Shown here: piece by piece, positions 40,274-54,140 of the stretch | Position numbering within the stretch: position 1 is the stretch's first letter | How the letters are laid out: each line of letters starts with the position of its first letter | Assembly (NCBI GenBank): GCA_051362555.1 | Contig: CM120649.1 | Span: forward strand, 15,514,567-15,578,566 | Source: Lingula anatina | Lineage: Eukaryota > Animalia > Brachiopoda | Direction of reading: 5' to 3' | DNA: 64,000 nucleotides | Made by a program: the position numbers and the translations under genes | The notes under the pieces: generated by a model | The model's input: the letters and a program-made list of their open reading frames with translations, nothing else | Told to the model about the DNA's origin: nothing | The model's database searches: none

Positions 40274-41284
40274 TCAGTAGAATAAGCTTGGGGTAAGGGC
40301 CCTTCTAGCCTGGATTAAGCCTATGGCAAAGAGAGGGTCTAAATAAAATTACCCTTTGACAATGTTTGTTACAACTAAAATTCGATGTTAAATAGGAATA
40401 CTTTTTAAACTCTGAAAATATCCTGAAGATCTACAAGTCTTTTGACCTCAACAAACTTCCCAGGCTCGTGGCCATTTTCAGACCACTGAAAGGCTGGAAC
40501 GGAAATTTTATCTCATATTTTATTCCTGTGATCAGCTAAAGGCTTTCTCTTGGGAAAGAGGCTGCTGACTGTACCTGTAGGCCCTTCTCTGATAAAAAGC
40601 GGTTGTTGATACCCTAATCGCTTAAAATCATAATTTTGAATGCATTTACTTAATGATACCTTTTTCAAGTGTTTCCATAAATAAACCCGTGCCTAGTGTA
40701 CGTAGATATATGGCCTAAAGTAGTCAAACATAGATGTGCTTGGTCATTATTTCTAAATATTTTTCAAGCAAAAGTAGACTTCTAAGTTTCAGAGAAAGCA
40801 AACGTTTTTTAATCTATCTATGCCATATCTCTCTTTAACAGTAAGAAATAACCGTTTTTTTACTGAAGACTGAAGTAAATTTTTAAAATTTTAGAAAGAC
40901 TTTTTTTAATGAGATTAAACATAGTTTCTGTATACAATGGCTTTATGAACTTTTACGGTATAGCGATTATAGGACCTAATGAATACATACATGGTATTGT
41001 TCTTGCATCTTTATATCCTCTCTCTCGGGATATGTGTTCTGCAGTGTCCTAAGTAATGTGAAACACAGAAATATTGGGTCATAAATCTCAGTAGTTTTGC
41101 TAAAGCATTTGAGAAAAAGTTACTGAAATCTGTGTATTTTTAACGTGAATAATAAGAAGGATAAGACAGAAAAGGAAAGTAAAGAAAAGACAACAGATGC
41201 GAGACATGGCCATAAATAAAGTAACAAAAAAGAGTTTAACTCATCTGTCACAATCTTGATTAACGCAATCTTAGAAGCTGCCAA

Positions 41285-41347
41285 TCCTCGATAGTATAGT
41301 GGTAGCCTGTCACGCGGGAGACCGGGGTTCAATTCCCCGTCGGGGAG
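41285..41347 (+). pseudogene. trnD: tRNA-Asp(GTC) pseudogene, inverted relative to the cluster
   Basis: 63 nt, with a net 9-nt deletion removing the 3' D-stem and most of the 5' anticodon stem. The rest is identical to the cluster copies. Confidence 0.85.
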
Positions 41348-44249
41348 GCACATAATATTTTTGTCATCTTTCACCATCATCATTTTTAAGTTGGTTGTTC
41401 TTTAAATTTAATTAACAAAATTATTTTAAACTACTCATCAATAATGTTAGGTTAGTTAATGATAAAGTGCATTGACTTAATTTGAGACCTTCTGCATATT
41501 GATCAACGGGGTGAAGTGGTTAGAGCGTTACAGTTGCAACGTCTTTTCAACCGAAATGCGTTATGGGGTCTCCTCTGACACAATCATATATCACACCTGG
41601 CCATTCATGTCAATTTCCCTTCAAATCAATAAATACATATAAACGCTTTAAAAAAAAGGAATGTGAGTACTACTAGGCCTACTACTAGGTCAAAGTTCTC
41701 AATTTAAAATACATTCTTCCTTGCACTTGCATAAACTTTTGTTATATCTTCCGTTTTATAATTTGCAAGTGCGTGCTCGATTGAGAATTTTTTTTACTTC
41801 ACTCATTTGTTCTAATCACTAAGAAGACACCCGTGTGATAAAAACATGAAAAAGAAAAGAGATTTTAAAACATTTCTTTCATCCATAAGACGCGTTTCAG
41901 CTGCAAAGGGTGAGTTGGCCTGCACCACCGGAAAATTATATTCCACTGCCTGTTTCCTTAAAAATAAATTTTCAGACGGCAAACTGCTTGTGACGCTCAT
42001 ATGACGCTAAACTAAACGGACGCCAATCCTCTTAGGAAGTTCAAAGCCAAATCCTGTCGGAGTAATTAAGTCATATGTGCTTGCGTATTTCGAGGGCTGC
42101 TTAATCGACTGAAACATAATAACGTTATGCCCAGCACGCCAGCATCAGCTGTTTAAAATCGCTGAAAGTCTCTCAAGGATCTTGCCGTGAATTGTAATTC
42201 ATTAGTGGTTGGCGGAACGCATTCCCAGTGCTGATCTATTGTAGGAAGGTTTACTCAAAGCCCGTTGGTTGCGGGCGAAAGTGTGCTCCCCGACAGAAAT
42301 AGATTGACCACATAATTACTGTACGAGCGGTGATTGCCATTTTATGATACGCAGGCACGAAACACCTGCAACATTTGAAATTATCATGGGTATTTTTTTC
42401 TTCACTTTTTATGCACGCACAATTTTTTAATAGCTACTCAGACACTTTTTCACATCTGAGATTAATTTTTCAGAAAACTATGACCTGCAAAATGCTTTAC
42501 TACCGCTGATACAAAGAACTTGTGAGAACGAACAAGATATTCGATTTACCCTTCTCAGCTTCGCACCGAAGAATTTCGCTAAGCCAGCGAGGTTCAGCGC
42601 CTTCCGACGCTAAGGTTGTGTTAAACAGATTTAACCGACGAAAGCGTTGGCTTTTAAATTTGCTGCCCTGACCCACTGGAGAAAATCACTAGGAGTGAGG
42701 CTTTTCAAGTGGCAAAAATGGAGTCTCTGTACACTTTACTATTTCTCATTGGGACCGTATGGTTTCCGCAGGTAAGATCTTTTCATTGTTATTCTCCTGC
42801 GCTTACTTAGTGTATGGAGTATTTACCCAATATGTGCATGTATATTGTAGCCTTTACTCAATTGTAGAATATATAGTGCTCCTGCATACAAGACAAGCAC
42901 GGTACATCTAGTTCATGTGCCTGACATGTTTTGCTTCTCCCGTTAAGGCATTAATTGAAAATACAGGCCGTGCCTCCATTTATTCGCGCAGATTTTCGTT
43001 GATTGAAGTACTGATTGCCTAAAAATTCTCCAATTCAGTAGTAAATTGATATCATATCTACTATTTATGCCAATGGTAAGGCTGAACCACTGCTGCTCGG
43101 GTCTATGACAATACGGCGGGGTGAGGGAGGGACTTCCTTCCGAATTGAATACTCAGCGATGAAAAAACCCAATGTGTTGTGGTCATTGCCGACTGGAATG
43201 CTGCTCACAGATAGCCGACTCCCCGGTCAAGAGAGAGAATTCAGTGAGTAGATCGCGCTAGCTGTTTTATATTTGGTTTCAAATTTACATTGCTCAGCCT
43301 GTCAACAAATTAATTTCCTACACTGTTGCGCGCAAGGAAGTTGTTTATCGTTAAACACAGACGTTTGTTTATAAACATCTTGCTTCTATAGTCAGCAAGT
43401 TAATTTTTGTGTCTGAAACATCAGAGGTTGCGACAAAAGTCTTAGGTGCACACACACACACACATGCAAGCGCGCGTACACACACATGCGCACACACATG
43501 CAATATTAAGCACAGTGGGTTAAAACTATCTAAATGCTTTTATTCAAGCAGAGTGTGACCTACATTTGTTTATAAATTACGTCCCGGCGAGCGCTTGCCA
43601 AATACACAACTGTCGCTGAAGAAATAAACAGCTAAATTAAAAATAGGCAGTTTCGGTGCAGCTGTGCGGTCTGATGTCAGACAGGCCGTCAAAAGTGACA
43701 CTTCCCGCTCTCACAGCTATATTGCAAGAAACAGCAAACGGTTCAATGTCGATAACTTTCTAATTAATCGTTCCTTTAATACACATCTCACAAAACCTCC
43801 ATCATTTCCCTAAACTGCGTTGTAGGCCAGAGATCACTTAAAATCAAGTAGTGGAAGTACTGGCAAAAGTCCACTGATGAAATCGAAGCATGAGTGCGTT
43901 ATCTTCACATTGAAGGACAGTTTTTCTATTCATTTCTTCAGCGCGTTTATATACATCGCTTTTATAATTTCATTCGAACCAAACGGGTTTCATTGCCATT
44001 ACTGTTTTGTCTCTCCATCCTGCTGTACAATTTCGATGCTATGCTTTCATGCTTATTCGGTAAAACGCCAAAGCATGCAATAGTCGCGCAATACAAACCA
44101 ATGTAAATACTCGTTTTATTTCACCACGAATTAGTCTATAATTCCCCATTTGTATTGCATAAATAAAAAAAAATCTGAATATCTGAGATCTGAAGAAAAT
44201 AAAACGATCACAGCACGCGTTAACACCCCTTTGTGGTGTTTGCTTTCAG

Positions 44250-45625
44250 GCTCCCTTGCAGCGGATGAGGCGAACTTGACCCACAGTTTCACTAACAAGA
44301 CCGGACAGGGAGACGTCACACTGCAATTTTACAACGTGGACGAATCCCGTATAGCGGTCAACCACGTGGTCTACATTTACGAGCTTGGGCGTGGTCTTCA
44401 CACACACAGGAAGGTAATGATCTCTCCGAGGTCAATGTGACCTCAAACGGAATCTTGATCATTTGTGTTAAATGCTCATTTTTTTTTCTCGTTTCTACAG
44501 TATAAGGTAGGCTCGTAGCTAGCAATTTCAAAAGGAGGGGTCCTTCTTCTGAAAAAAAGTGGACCTTATACCCTGAAACCTTCGTGTACCTAGAAAAAAT
44601 TTTACCCAGAGGATAACTTTTCCGGCAAAAATGGTTCTTTCGAATCCCCCGAACTCCCCCTGGCTAGGGGCCTGCCTGAGATCCTCACAGCCAATACTTC
44701 AGCATGACAACAGCCCTGCTTGCCATTTGGCGTCAACTAGCTTGCATGCATTCACCAGGGGTTGTATAGTGTTGTCGTTTTTAAAGTGAAAGCCACAGGA
44801 AAACTGGTTTCCTATTGCCAGTAAGCCAGTATAAGATTAAGGGGAAAAGGCTTGCGGTTAGCTTAGTAATTTTAAATTCAGTATTTTAGATTAATTTAGA
44901 TGTGTTGCAGTTTTTAAGGTTATCAGATCCTCATGTACTTTAACAAAAATTCAAAATTGATCGTTAGCGGCCTATTTGGTACAATACCTATTTCTATCTC
45001 ATAAAAAAATGAGCTTTACACTTCATAGCCCGACTGGCCTCAACGTCATATCCACGCGTGATAGTTTTTTTAATATCTCAACTACGTTGGTTGTCTTTCG
45101 GGAAGTCTTAATATACTAAATATCAACTTTCATTCTTTTTCAAAGGAAATATATGGAATCTCCGGAATGAGGAACTACAAGATAAGTTTCAATCTCACCA
45201 ACGTCAATCTCAACAACCTCACCGACGCCATCTTGGTTTTCCCACAATTCGTCCCCCCTCCAAAGAGTTTCGACCTCAGCGCCCTGGGCGGCAATATCAA
45301 CATATCATGTGGTGTCGAAATCACACAGAGTGTCGGCAGCGTCCAGGGTGTCTATTTCAAACGCTACAAAGTCCGCTCTGGCTGGACGAATTTGAACGAG
45401 TTAACCGCCATGGTCTATAGAGAGACCCTGTCCAATGGAAGGTTTGTCATGTTGGAGTTGAAAAACATCGAGGACAGGGACACCGGTTATTACAGTTGTG
45501 GGGCAGATACCATACAGGCAGTTCAGAATACCGAGGGAACGATGGAATTTAACGTCCTAGTGAAGGCGGAGACTTTGACAAAAATCCGATACGTAGGTCC
45601 CAAGTTTCTTCCTCCTCGGGGTTAG
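44250..45625 (+). CDS. Single immunoglobulin-domain protein, probably secreted (5' end unresolved)
   Basis: Exons 44250-44413 and 45146-45625 join in phase 0. Ig signature NINISC...MLELKNIEDRDTGYYSC, no TM segment before the stop, several N-x-S/T sites. Candidate first exon 42718/42759-42771. Confidence 0.75.
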
Positions 45626-46294
45626 ATGTCAGAACGAACTTTTGAGGAATTCAGGGACTTGCTGAGAATGTTTTGTATAAATATCTTGAGTGAAAGATAC
45701 ATGTTGCAAGGGCAAGTATTTGCAACGACAGTTTCTAGGAAATACGCACAGTAACTGCAGTTAAATTTGAATTTCAATTTTAACATTGATAAAGGCACTG
45801 AGATAGACCAAGCCCTGAACAAGGCTGGTAAACCAGAAACTGCAGAACTGTAGAGCAATGTAAGTGCTCGGAATCTCTGTCCATATCTTGGTTCATATAA
45901 GAGACAAGGAAGCAACAAATGCTGCAGCACTGAAGCATGTGAGTGATGGTGAGTTTTCCATACTTACTCAATTAATATCATGCTCCTCAAATACTGAAAA
46001 TATCTGTAGCGAGAGCTACATCGCAAACAGAAACATTTTCTTTGCAAAGCCAGGATGAGGTCGACACTTAATTTTTGGTAACAGTTCGAGGCGACACCTT
46101 TAAGGCAGTTCTTAGCAACTGTCTCTCCGTACTCTTACATGTACAAGTAATTTTTATATCAAATGTATGTGGTTGTATACTTGATAAAAACTTAAACACT
46201 CAAGATTTTATACATTAGCGCTTTGTCTTGAAAAGAAATTAACCTCAACTTAGGTAAACACCTCCTTAGACGGGCTACTTCATAAGGAATGTAA

Positions 46295-46509
46295 GGCTGT
46301 ATTCCCAGAGCTTTTAGATCGATCTATCCCCGCGGGGAGTCTCACTAGATTACTGTCAGAAAATCCGGCTTAAATGTCCGTCCCGCCTACTACAAGCTGT
46401 AAGGGGGTAATTATCTTTCGTGTCCGCTCGGCTGACAGCTATTTAGCGTGAACCCCCAGGGAGTTAGGTCGATCTAAAGTAGATCGATATAATCTCTGGA
46501 AATGGGGTC
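46295..46509. mobile_element. MITE family B-related copy with TAA target duplication
   Basis: TAA|GGCTGTATTCC...GGAAATGGGGTC|TAA. Its interior matches the half-copies at 52730-52854 and 53801-53927. Confidence 0.65.
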
Positions 46510-46911
46510 TAAGACTGCATTTCAGTTTGTCACGGCGATTTGATTTTCTAAGTACGTATCTAGGTTTTTACGTAAATTCATTTTGTTAGAAAAATAGTAT
46601 CATGGGTAAGTATCAAGGACAAAGACAAGGAAACGTTTCGGATAAGTAGTGCACATACCAACAAAGTTTTATTCATATCATTCAGTTTTTTTAACGTTCC
46701 TTATATACAAAATTGTAGTGTCGTCAATGCGATGATAATACCGGTACAAATTGAGTAATTTCATCTTCATATGCTGTTTATGTAGAACCCATAGGTATAT
46801 GTGAGGAAATAATAATTACTCATTAAATTGTGATGGTCAATTACTTTATTACGTCCGGTCATTTTGTGTTGCATAATTTGTGGCATGTGGCATCTCTCGT
46901 GAAAGAGACAT

Positions 46912-49900
46912 CTATCGACCAGGTGCAGGGCAGACTGGAAAATAATACACAAACTGCTGTAAACTAATTACTTCCTAGCACTTTCAACTTTTTTCTATAA
47001 TGCTTTAAAAATGTACATAGCCATATTTAGTTCCAGCGGCAAATATTAGTACACGTACACTGTATCTCCGAATAATCTTTAATTTTCAAACATTTTCTTT
47101 GAAATATTTTGAAAAACTGAATTTAAAGTTTTTTTGCATTATCAAAGACCTGTACAAACCTTGTGTTCTTTCGACGAACACACCTATCTGGCTATTTCTA
47201 TTGAACTTGTACTTGAAGAGCATGGTGCAGTCGTCGTCAGTCCGAAAACGACACATAAAGCCACGCGGTCGGCCTGAAAGGTTGTTATCAATAAATTAAA
47301 CCAAAGAATATAAGTTGAAAAATGTTGAGTTAATTGTCACTAGTGTAGTACAACAAATACTAGATTATGAATAATGCAATTAGGGCTACACACATAACAC
47401 ATCAAGAATTACTAACGTGAAAAAAGAGAAAAAATTGCATCAGAACAACATCATCCATACCCATAAACACAACATACCGTGAATGCATATTAGTTTTATA
47501 ATATCAATAATTTGTTTTTATACACACAAATACGAGCAAATGTGTATGCACCTTCTCAAAGAGACAGGTCTGCTGCACTCTCTGTGGTATGACTACAAAT
47601 ACATTGAACTGTACGGGGTCACTAATTACGTGCTTATTGCCATTAAAACAGTTTGACCAACATAAATAAATGTATTTCTTTAAATAAGAAAATTAATGAT
47701 AAATATCTAACCTGCAATTATTATGCCCATTATGCCCAGATTTGGAAACACCCTCAGGCCACGGTTGCACAAAAAATCTGAAGTCAGATTCATGGCTAAG
47801 AACTTAATTTCCAACGTTGCATACTCACATGCACATATCTCACCCTATCAGGAACAGTGTAACAGCACTCTCATGGGAATTCTAGTCAACTATGCCAGGG
47901 CCTCGACTTAAGTTTTTTTGTGAAACTGGGGCCAGGTTTCCATCTACCCTCACCTGCCACGCTGTCCACTACTCTGATATTATATTTGCGGCAGTCCCGT
48001 GCGTACTCCTCCTGATTCAAAGGTCCTCCAAGTCCCAGCATAAACTGAACACACGCCTTCAGCACCTGGCATTTATCTGGACAAGTCTGGGAAGAGATAA
48101 ATCGTGGTTTTGATTTACTAAATACATTCAGTCAGTTAGTCGTGTCAATCGTCGGTTAGTTGGTCAGGCCCCTATTTCACACAGACCACGAATCCCACGA
48201 ATCGCCAGGAATTGACAAATTTTAGGATTCGTGAGGATTCGTGAGATTTTGCCAATTTTCTGGTCTAATTCGACACGCTCACGATTCATTTACGATACAG
48301 GTACGATAGTATTACGAATATTCGTGGGATTCGGCTGGAATCGCACGAATATTGTCCAGAAATTCACTACGATTTTTTGGAATCGGGAGTTCGTGGTCAA
48401 AACTATGAACAGCTCAAAATTTTTGCCACGAATTCCTGTTGGTCAAGAAGTGCAAGAACTGACTACGAATATATATGAATCTGTTAAGAACTTCACGAAC
48501 TGATTACGATTCAACCACGAATCCTGAAATTTTCAATACCTGGCGATTCGTGGGATTCGTGGTCTGTGTGAAATAGGGGCATCATATAATCAGTCTATCA
48601 GTCGGCTAGTCGAGTTGGAAGTCAGTCTAGCATCCTGTTAGCCGGTTAATTAGTCAGTCAATCATTCGATCAATCGGTTATTCGGGAGGACGGCTGGTCA
48701 GTCTGCAGACGATCAAACATGCCAACCAACCAACCAACTTACCAACCAGCCTTCAAGGATACCAACCAACTCATTGACCGGAAATTACCTCGAATATTAA
48801 CTAAAACATAGAATCGAATTCCAAAATATTTTACAAAAAGTATTTAAATGTCAATTTCTGACCATCAAATATCAGTATGCATTAAGTCTTATTTGATAAT
48901 CAAGCTGATTAATATGAGAGTTAAAAATAATTGCAAACTATTTTCGACATAAGTTTTACTTACTGGGCAGTCCTCACACGTGGGTCCGAAGTAATAGGAA
49001 TCCCGCTCACACCTACACTTTCCACATTCGCACTGGCCTTTTCCATTGCATATTTTCTTCAAGAGTGAATAAATTAATAAATATAAGCGGGAAGTATATA
49101 CGTTTTTAAAGTAATTATTGGCTTTTGAATTAAGAAAACCTGAATCTGAAATAAATCACAAAAGGTTTCTCCTGCGTTTGCTTTTATGAAGTAATTACGA
49201 CAATTTCTTTCAAAACGGCACTCAACCTTCTACTCTCAAGGCTGTGGACACTATGAAGATTGAATTCAAAAGCATGACCACCTTAAAGTTATAGATGACA
49301 CATTCTCAGTTTAATCCGTGCCACTCTTTAGAAAATACAAAAGGCAGGTAGGATTATTCTGCGTTGGTGTTAAAATATAAGTGTTTATATGAATACATGG
49401 GTTATTAATAAACTAAAAAAATGTTTTTTTTAGTTGAACGGGGAACCAATAAAACTAGTTAAGAATTGGTGTAGAGTGTATACCCTTTACTTTCGATAAA
49501 AACTAACGTTCGCAACCCACTGTTGGCGCTTTCTACAACGCTTAAGAAATATCACCTTTTGTATTGCACGTAGCCTTTTCCGGAACGCTTTAAAATAGCT
49601 TAATTAAATACTTGTGGTCAGTGAACACTTAATATTTTATCTCAATCACTCTTAGGCAGGCTACTCCACAAAATGTGAAAATCTGCGGCACGTCAGTAAA
49701 GTACACTATTTGTGTAAAGTTTGCATAATTGTGATTTCCCCCATTATAATCGATGTTTTGTACTATTATACTTCAATATGAAGTAAATCCACAGGTTTTA
49801 AAGCCAGATATAAAACAGTTACACAAGTGTCACACAAAATGAGTGCATCATTGGCCATAACGCGAGTCAAATGTTTAGTCATTTTGTGATATCTTACCCC

Positions 49901-50802
49901 ATTGCTGGCGACACAAGCACTTTGTGATAGAGGGCACTCGCATGCTTCACCAGTGAACCCTTGCTGACACTCACACACCCCGCATTCACATCGGCCTCGG
50001 TCTGGTCCACCACAAATTTTCTATAAAAAGTTATATTAGAATATACGAATGCGATCACATATTAAAAATATTTGAATAATTGCTGTCCAACAAACGCAAG
50101 CAGGAGTACAGTATTTAATGAACTAAATCTTAATCAAGACACATATTAATGGAAAAGGGACATTTAACAAGCTAGCGGTCTGGATAACAGCATTACTGAG
50201 GCTTTATATTACTTGCCACGGCTGCCCTACCCCGTTGCTATAGGAACAGGTGACTGAGGAGCATTGACAACTGTCTCCATAGAAACCTGGCTGACATGCG
50301 CAATGGCCACAAATACACTCGCCATTTCCTGAAACATGGTATGGATTTCATGGTAACGAGGCCAATGCTTAGATATTATGTTGATCTAAATTCAAAAATA
50401 TATTCAATATATAAATAAATGAATAAAGAACGAACATGTGTCTTTATTCAATGCAATAATATGTCTTTTAAAAGAAAAACATATCTGTAAGCCATCAGAA
50501 TTGATTAGACTCTCAAAGTGGAAAGGTGGAAAGAATGGGCAAATATTCATTCCCAAGATGTCGTAAACCTGGTGTAACGGGGCTTTATCAACACTTGGGC
50601 CTTGTACTCTTCCAGGGGCAGATCCAGAGAAATTTTCTGACAGTCTTCCGAATTATCTTTGTTGATTCATCCTCCATTTTTGACCGTCTTCCGACAGAAA
50701 AAATTAGACACCCGTCAATGTAAACTCGAAAATCTGACCGTCTTCCAGAAGACCCAGAAGACGGCCTAAATCCGCCCCTGTCTTCAACTGGATAGACTGA
50801 GT

Positions 50803-50846
<44 letters not shown>

Positions 50847-51385
50847 GCAGAGAGAGAGAGAGAAAGAGAGAGAGGCAGAGAGAGAGTGAATCACTGTCTA
50901 GTCAATCCAATCTCTGCAGAAAATATAGTCTCCTGCAGGAAATTGTGATATTGCGCACTGCACTCAGCAGTATATAGGCCTACATTAGTATATAGATCTG
51001 GATTGGCTGAGACACGTGTGTGTGTGCATGTGTATGTTAATGTGTGTGTGTGTGTGAGTGTGTGTATGTGTTTACCTCCACACTCTATTCCCCTATTTTC
51101 CGGGCAACTCCCAGCATCCTCCTCGCACTTGTATTTCGAGGCTGCAATAAAAATTAGACGTCAAAATCAAATCATGGAGGGGTCACCCACACAAGCTGTG
51201 CTGAATGCTCTGAAGAAACAGTAAAACACATCGATTCTTATATCATAAATGATGTCAATGACGTCTACGCAAAATTATTCTCTTAATTCTATTCCTTACG
51301 CGAAACGAAAAAAATAATTACCCTGGATCGGGACAACAGCAGCGGCGAGAAGACACCCAAGTAGCAACATTCTCATAACACGCAT
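46912..51385 (-). CDS. Secreted integrin-beta stalk-like protein: signal peptide + integrin EGF repeats + beta-tail domain, no head or TM (237 aa)
   Basis: Exons 51385-51322, 51141-51076, 50328-50231, 50020-49898, 49056-48964, 48086-47954, 47273-47160 and 46934-46912. All introns are GT-AG with compatible phases, 714 nt in total. Motifs [55 protein letters not shown] and CRFRTDDDC, ending VCPAPGR-stop. Confidence 0.88.
48167..48581. mobile_element. Young Harbinger-type MITE in an intron of the integrin-like gene
   Basis: About 65-bp near-perfect TIRs (GGCCCCTATTTCACACAGACCACGAATCCCACGAATCGCCAGG...), TCA duplicated on both sides, internal (C/T)ACGAAT motifs. Confidence 0.9.
50613..50780. mobile_element. 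Short non-autonomous DNA element with a 5-bp TSD
   Basis: TCTTC|CAGGGGCAGAT...ATCCGCCCCTG|TCTTC. Confidence 0.65.
50806..50886. repeat. (TG)n(AG)n compound microsatellite
   Basis: Direct reading. Confidence 0.9.
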
Positions 51386-54140
51386 AACTGCAAAATGTAG
51401 TCATGGCGTGTTACCCATGTACATATACTACTACTGCTCCGGAAATCGGGCACTATTTGGTTCACTTGAATCAGTTGGTAACAGGATAAGGCCAATGAAT
51501 AATCTATTTGGCATACGGCACACTTAAATTGAGAGGTGCATCTCATCAGCACCCCCCTAATGTTTTACCCTTTAAAAAGGGAAAAACCCAATTGTTATAG
51601 TACATTCCGAGTAGAAATGAGAAGAAAAGCTTGACCTAACCGTAAGACGTGATGCCTTATATGCATACGAAACATGGAAATCAGCTTTTATCAACAAAGC
51701 CGTCCTTGCTGCCCTTTAAAAAATCCAGCGTCTTCAATAGCCACTACAAGTACTTTTCGTATCAGCAGCATAACCCACGTTTCAAGGTCCGTTAGTTTAA
51801 CTTAAAATAAAAAAGAAGAAGTAGAATATCAACGCTTGTAATTTGAGTTCCATGTCAGACAGCTTATTACAGCCGTATAAACATTTAACACTTTTTAAAG
51901 ATGTAATTCTATATTTTATTCAGTTTTGTCTTTTCTACATACGGTAATTTTGTCCACTGAAAGTAAAGCATGAACAATTAATTTTGTGTCCGTTTTTCTG
52001 TCTCCTCGGTGAAGAGCCGTGTAACACTCATAAAATGATCAGCCTTAAACACTAGTCCATGTAACTGGAAACCAACCTTCAAGGAAATTTGTGCAATTTA
52101 GTTTGATATTTCAATTTCCTACGTTTTATCATCCCCTTTTAAATTAGGAAATGACAGTGGATAGAGAAGTAACTGACATAACGGAGCATCTAAGTTCATT
52201 CGCTTTCAACTTTGCATGACATCTACTCTTAAACCTAGATTATATTTGCCGTGTGATGTCTGCACGATGCTCTTATACTGCCCGTTACGGTTACGGATTC
52301 TCGTCGGCCATTTGCCCAGTATTCCCGCGCTTATCACACGTCCGCCGCTCATTGTCCGCTTATTGCCCATGGAATTGCACGTTTATCGAACAATCATCTG
52401 ACGGGTACAGCGCGACAAGCGCAAGCTGCCACTCAATCGCCTTGCAATTTTCATACGGTTTATTAAAAGGCACTATTTGCATTCTCCACGACACATCATC
52501 ACAACCTCACAAAATGTCACAACCAATGAGGCTTAGGGAAGTGAGACTCAGATTAGAATTAAGAAAAGAGAGCAGAACTAAGCAGGAGCTAGTGACATCT
52601 CTTGCCTTTACAGAAAACCAGAAGGCCGGACAGAGGGGCGGAAGTAACCCTGGGCCAGTACGACACCCTCATGCAGGAGCTGATGCGAGGCTTATAAATG
52701 TCTCTGACGCCTACCGATTCAGCTTGGGGTAAAGATAATTACCTCCTAACAGTTTTACTAGAAGCGACAGACGCTTAAGTCGGCCAGTTTGATAGCAATT
52801 TAGTGAGACTCCCCAGGCAGATAGATCGATCCAAATATATGTGGGAATGGTCCCTTATATTGGATGACAAACCAGTATGGAGGCCTACCAATTCATGTAA
52901 ACGACCTGATTTTTATTTTTCACATAGTTTCATTATTAATTGTCTCATCGAGTAGATTCACTCATGGGTCACTGATTACGAATACAATTGTAGAATTGAT
53001 TATATCATAATAAGTACATCAGTATCTAAAGACCGGTATAAAAACCAAAGTGATGGAGTAGGCCCTACTATCTTAACATTTAAGTGCACATTCGCACTGA
53101 TGTGACATGATATCATTGAAAACCACTCTCTATCTTGCTGATTCAACCTACGGATTAAAGCCACTGTAGATGCTCTCAATGCACATTTCTGGCTAAATAA
53201 CAATCACTCTAGTTTTATCAATATAGATTATCATCATAGCCATTTTGATGTCCTTGGCTTTGATATCCGCCCATTTTCAATTGTTTAAAAGAAGAATGTC
53301 TTAATTATCGACTTTGTATCAGTCTGTATCATATGATAACATGGCGACCTACCAAAAAGTAGGCGTATGCGTGCACTTAGCGCAATTTAACCATTTTCAA
53401 TTGTTTAAAGAGGCATGCACTTTAGACTTTGAATCAAAAGCTTTTATCAAAATACCTTCAAACCTGCACAGCGACTGGCCCAAAAGGTATCAGTAGGCGT
53501 GTTTGCGCATGCAACGTATTTTATAAACTGTCAGCCGTGAAATCAGGTGATACTGTAGCGGTGACATTGCTGTGAACATCAGATTAACACACGTAAGTTC
53601 AAAATCATAATATGATCAAAGTCTGCAATGATGAGTTGATATACAGTAAGTCATAGTATGTGTGTATGAGGGGCAGACGTGTGCTGATAACGAATGTAAA
53701 CTTATGGCATTGGATGATTTCACGTCTGCGGCTACTTAAGATGCATGGTGAAAATATGGTGGTTGTTTTTTTACGAAAGGCTTTAAAAATATAAAGGTTA
53801 GGGACCATTCCGACAGATATGTGGATCGATCTATCGCCCTGAGGAGTCTCACTAAATTGCTGTCTACTTAACCGGCTTTAAAGCCTGTCACGCCTAGTAA
53901 AGCTGTTGGGGGGTAATTGTCTTTTCCCATATATAATTTGGAGAAGAAAACTTCATTTTGTCAGCATTGGAGTTTATATCAATAAATACTATGTTGCGTT
54001 TTACAGCTGATGAAACACGTTTTTAAAACGGCTCGAATAATCATTTTCGGTTTTGTAACGTGTCGCAGATACGCTTGATAATATATATTGCCAAAATTAA
54101 GACCTATAAGTATTGTTTCTTGTGTATTTTTTCGTTATTG

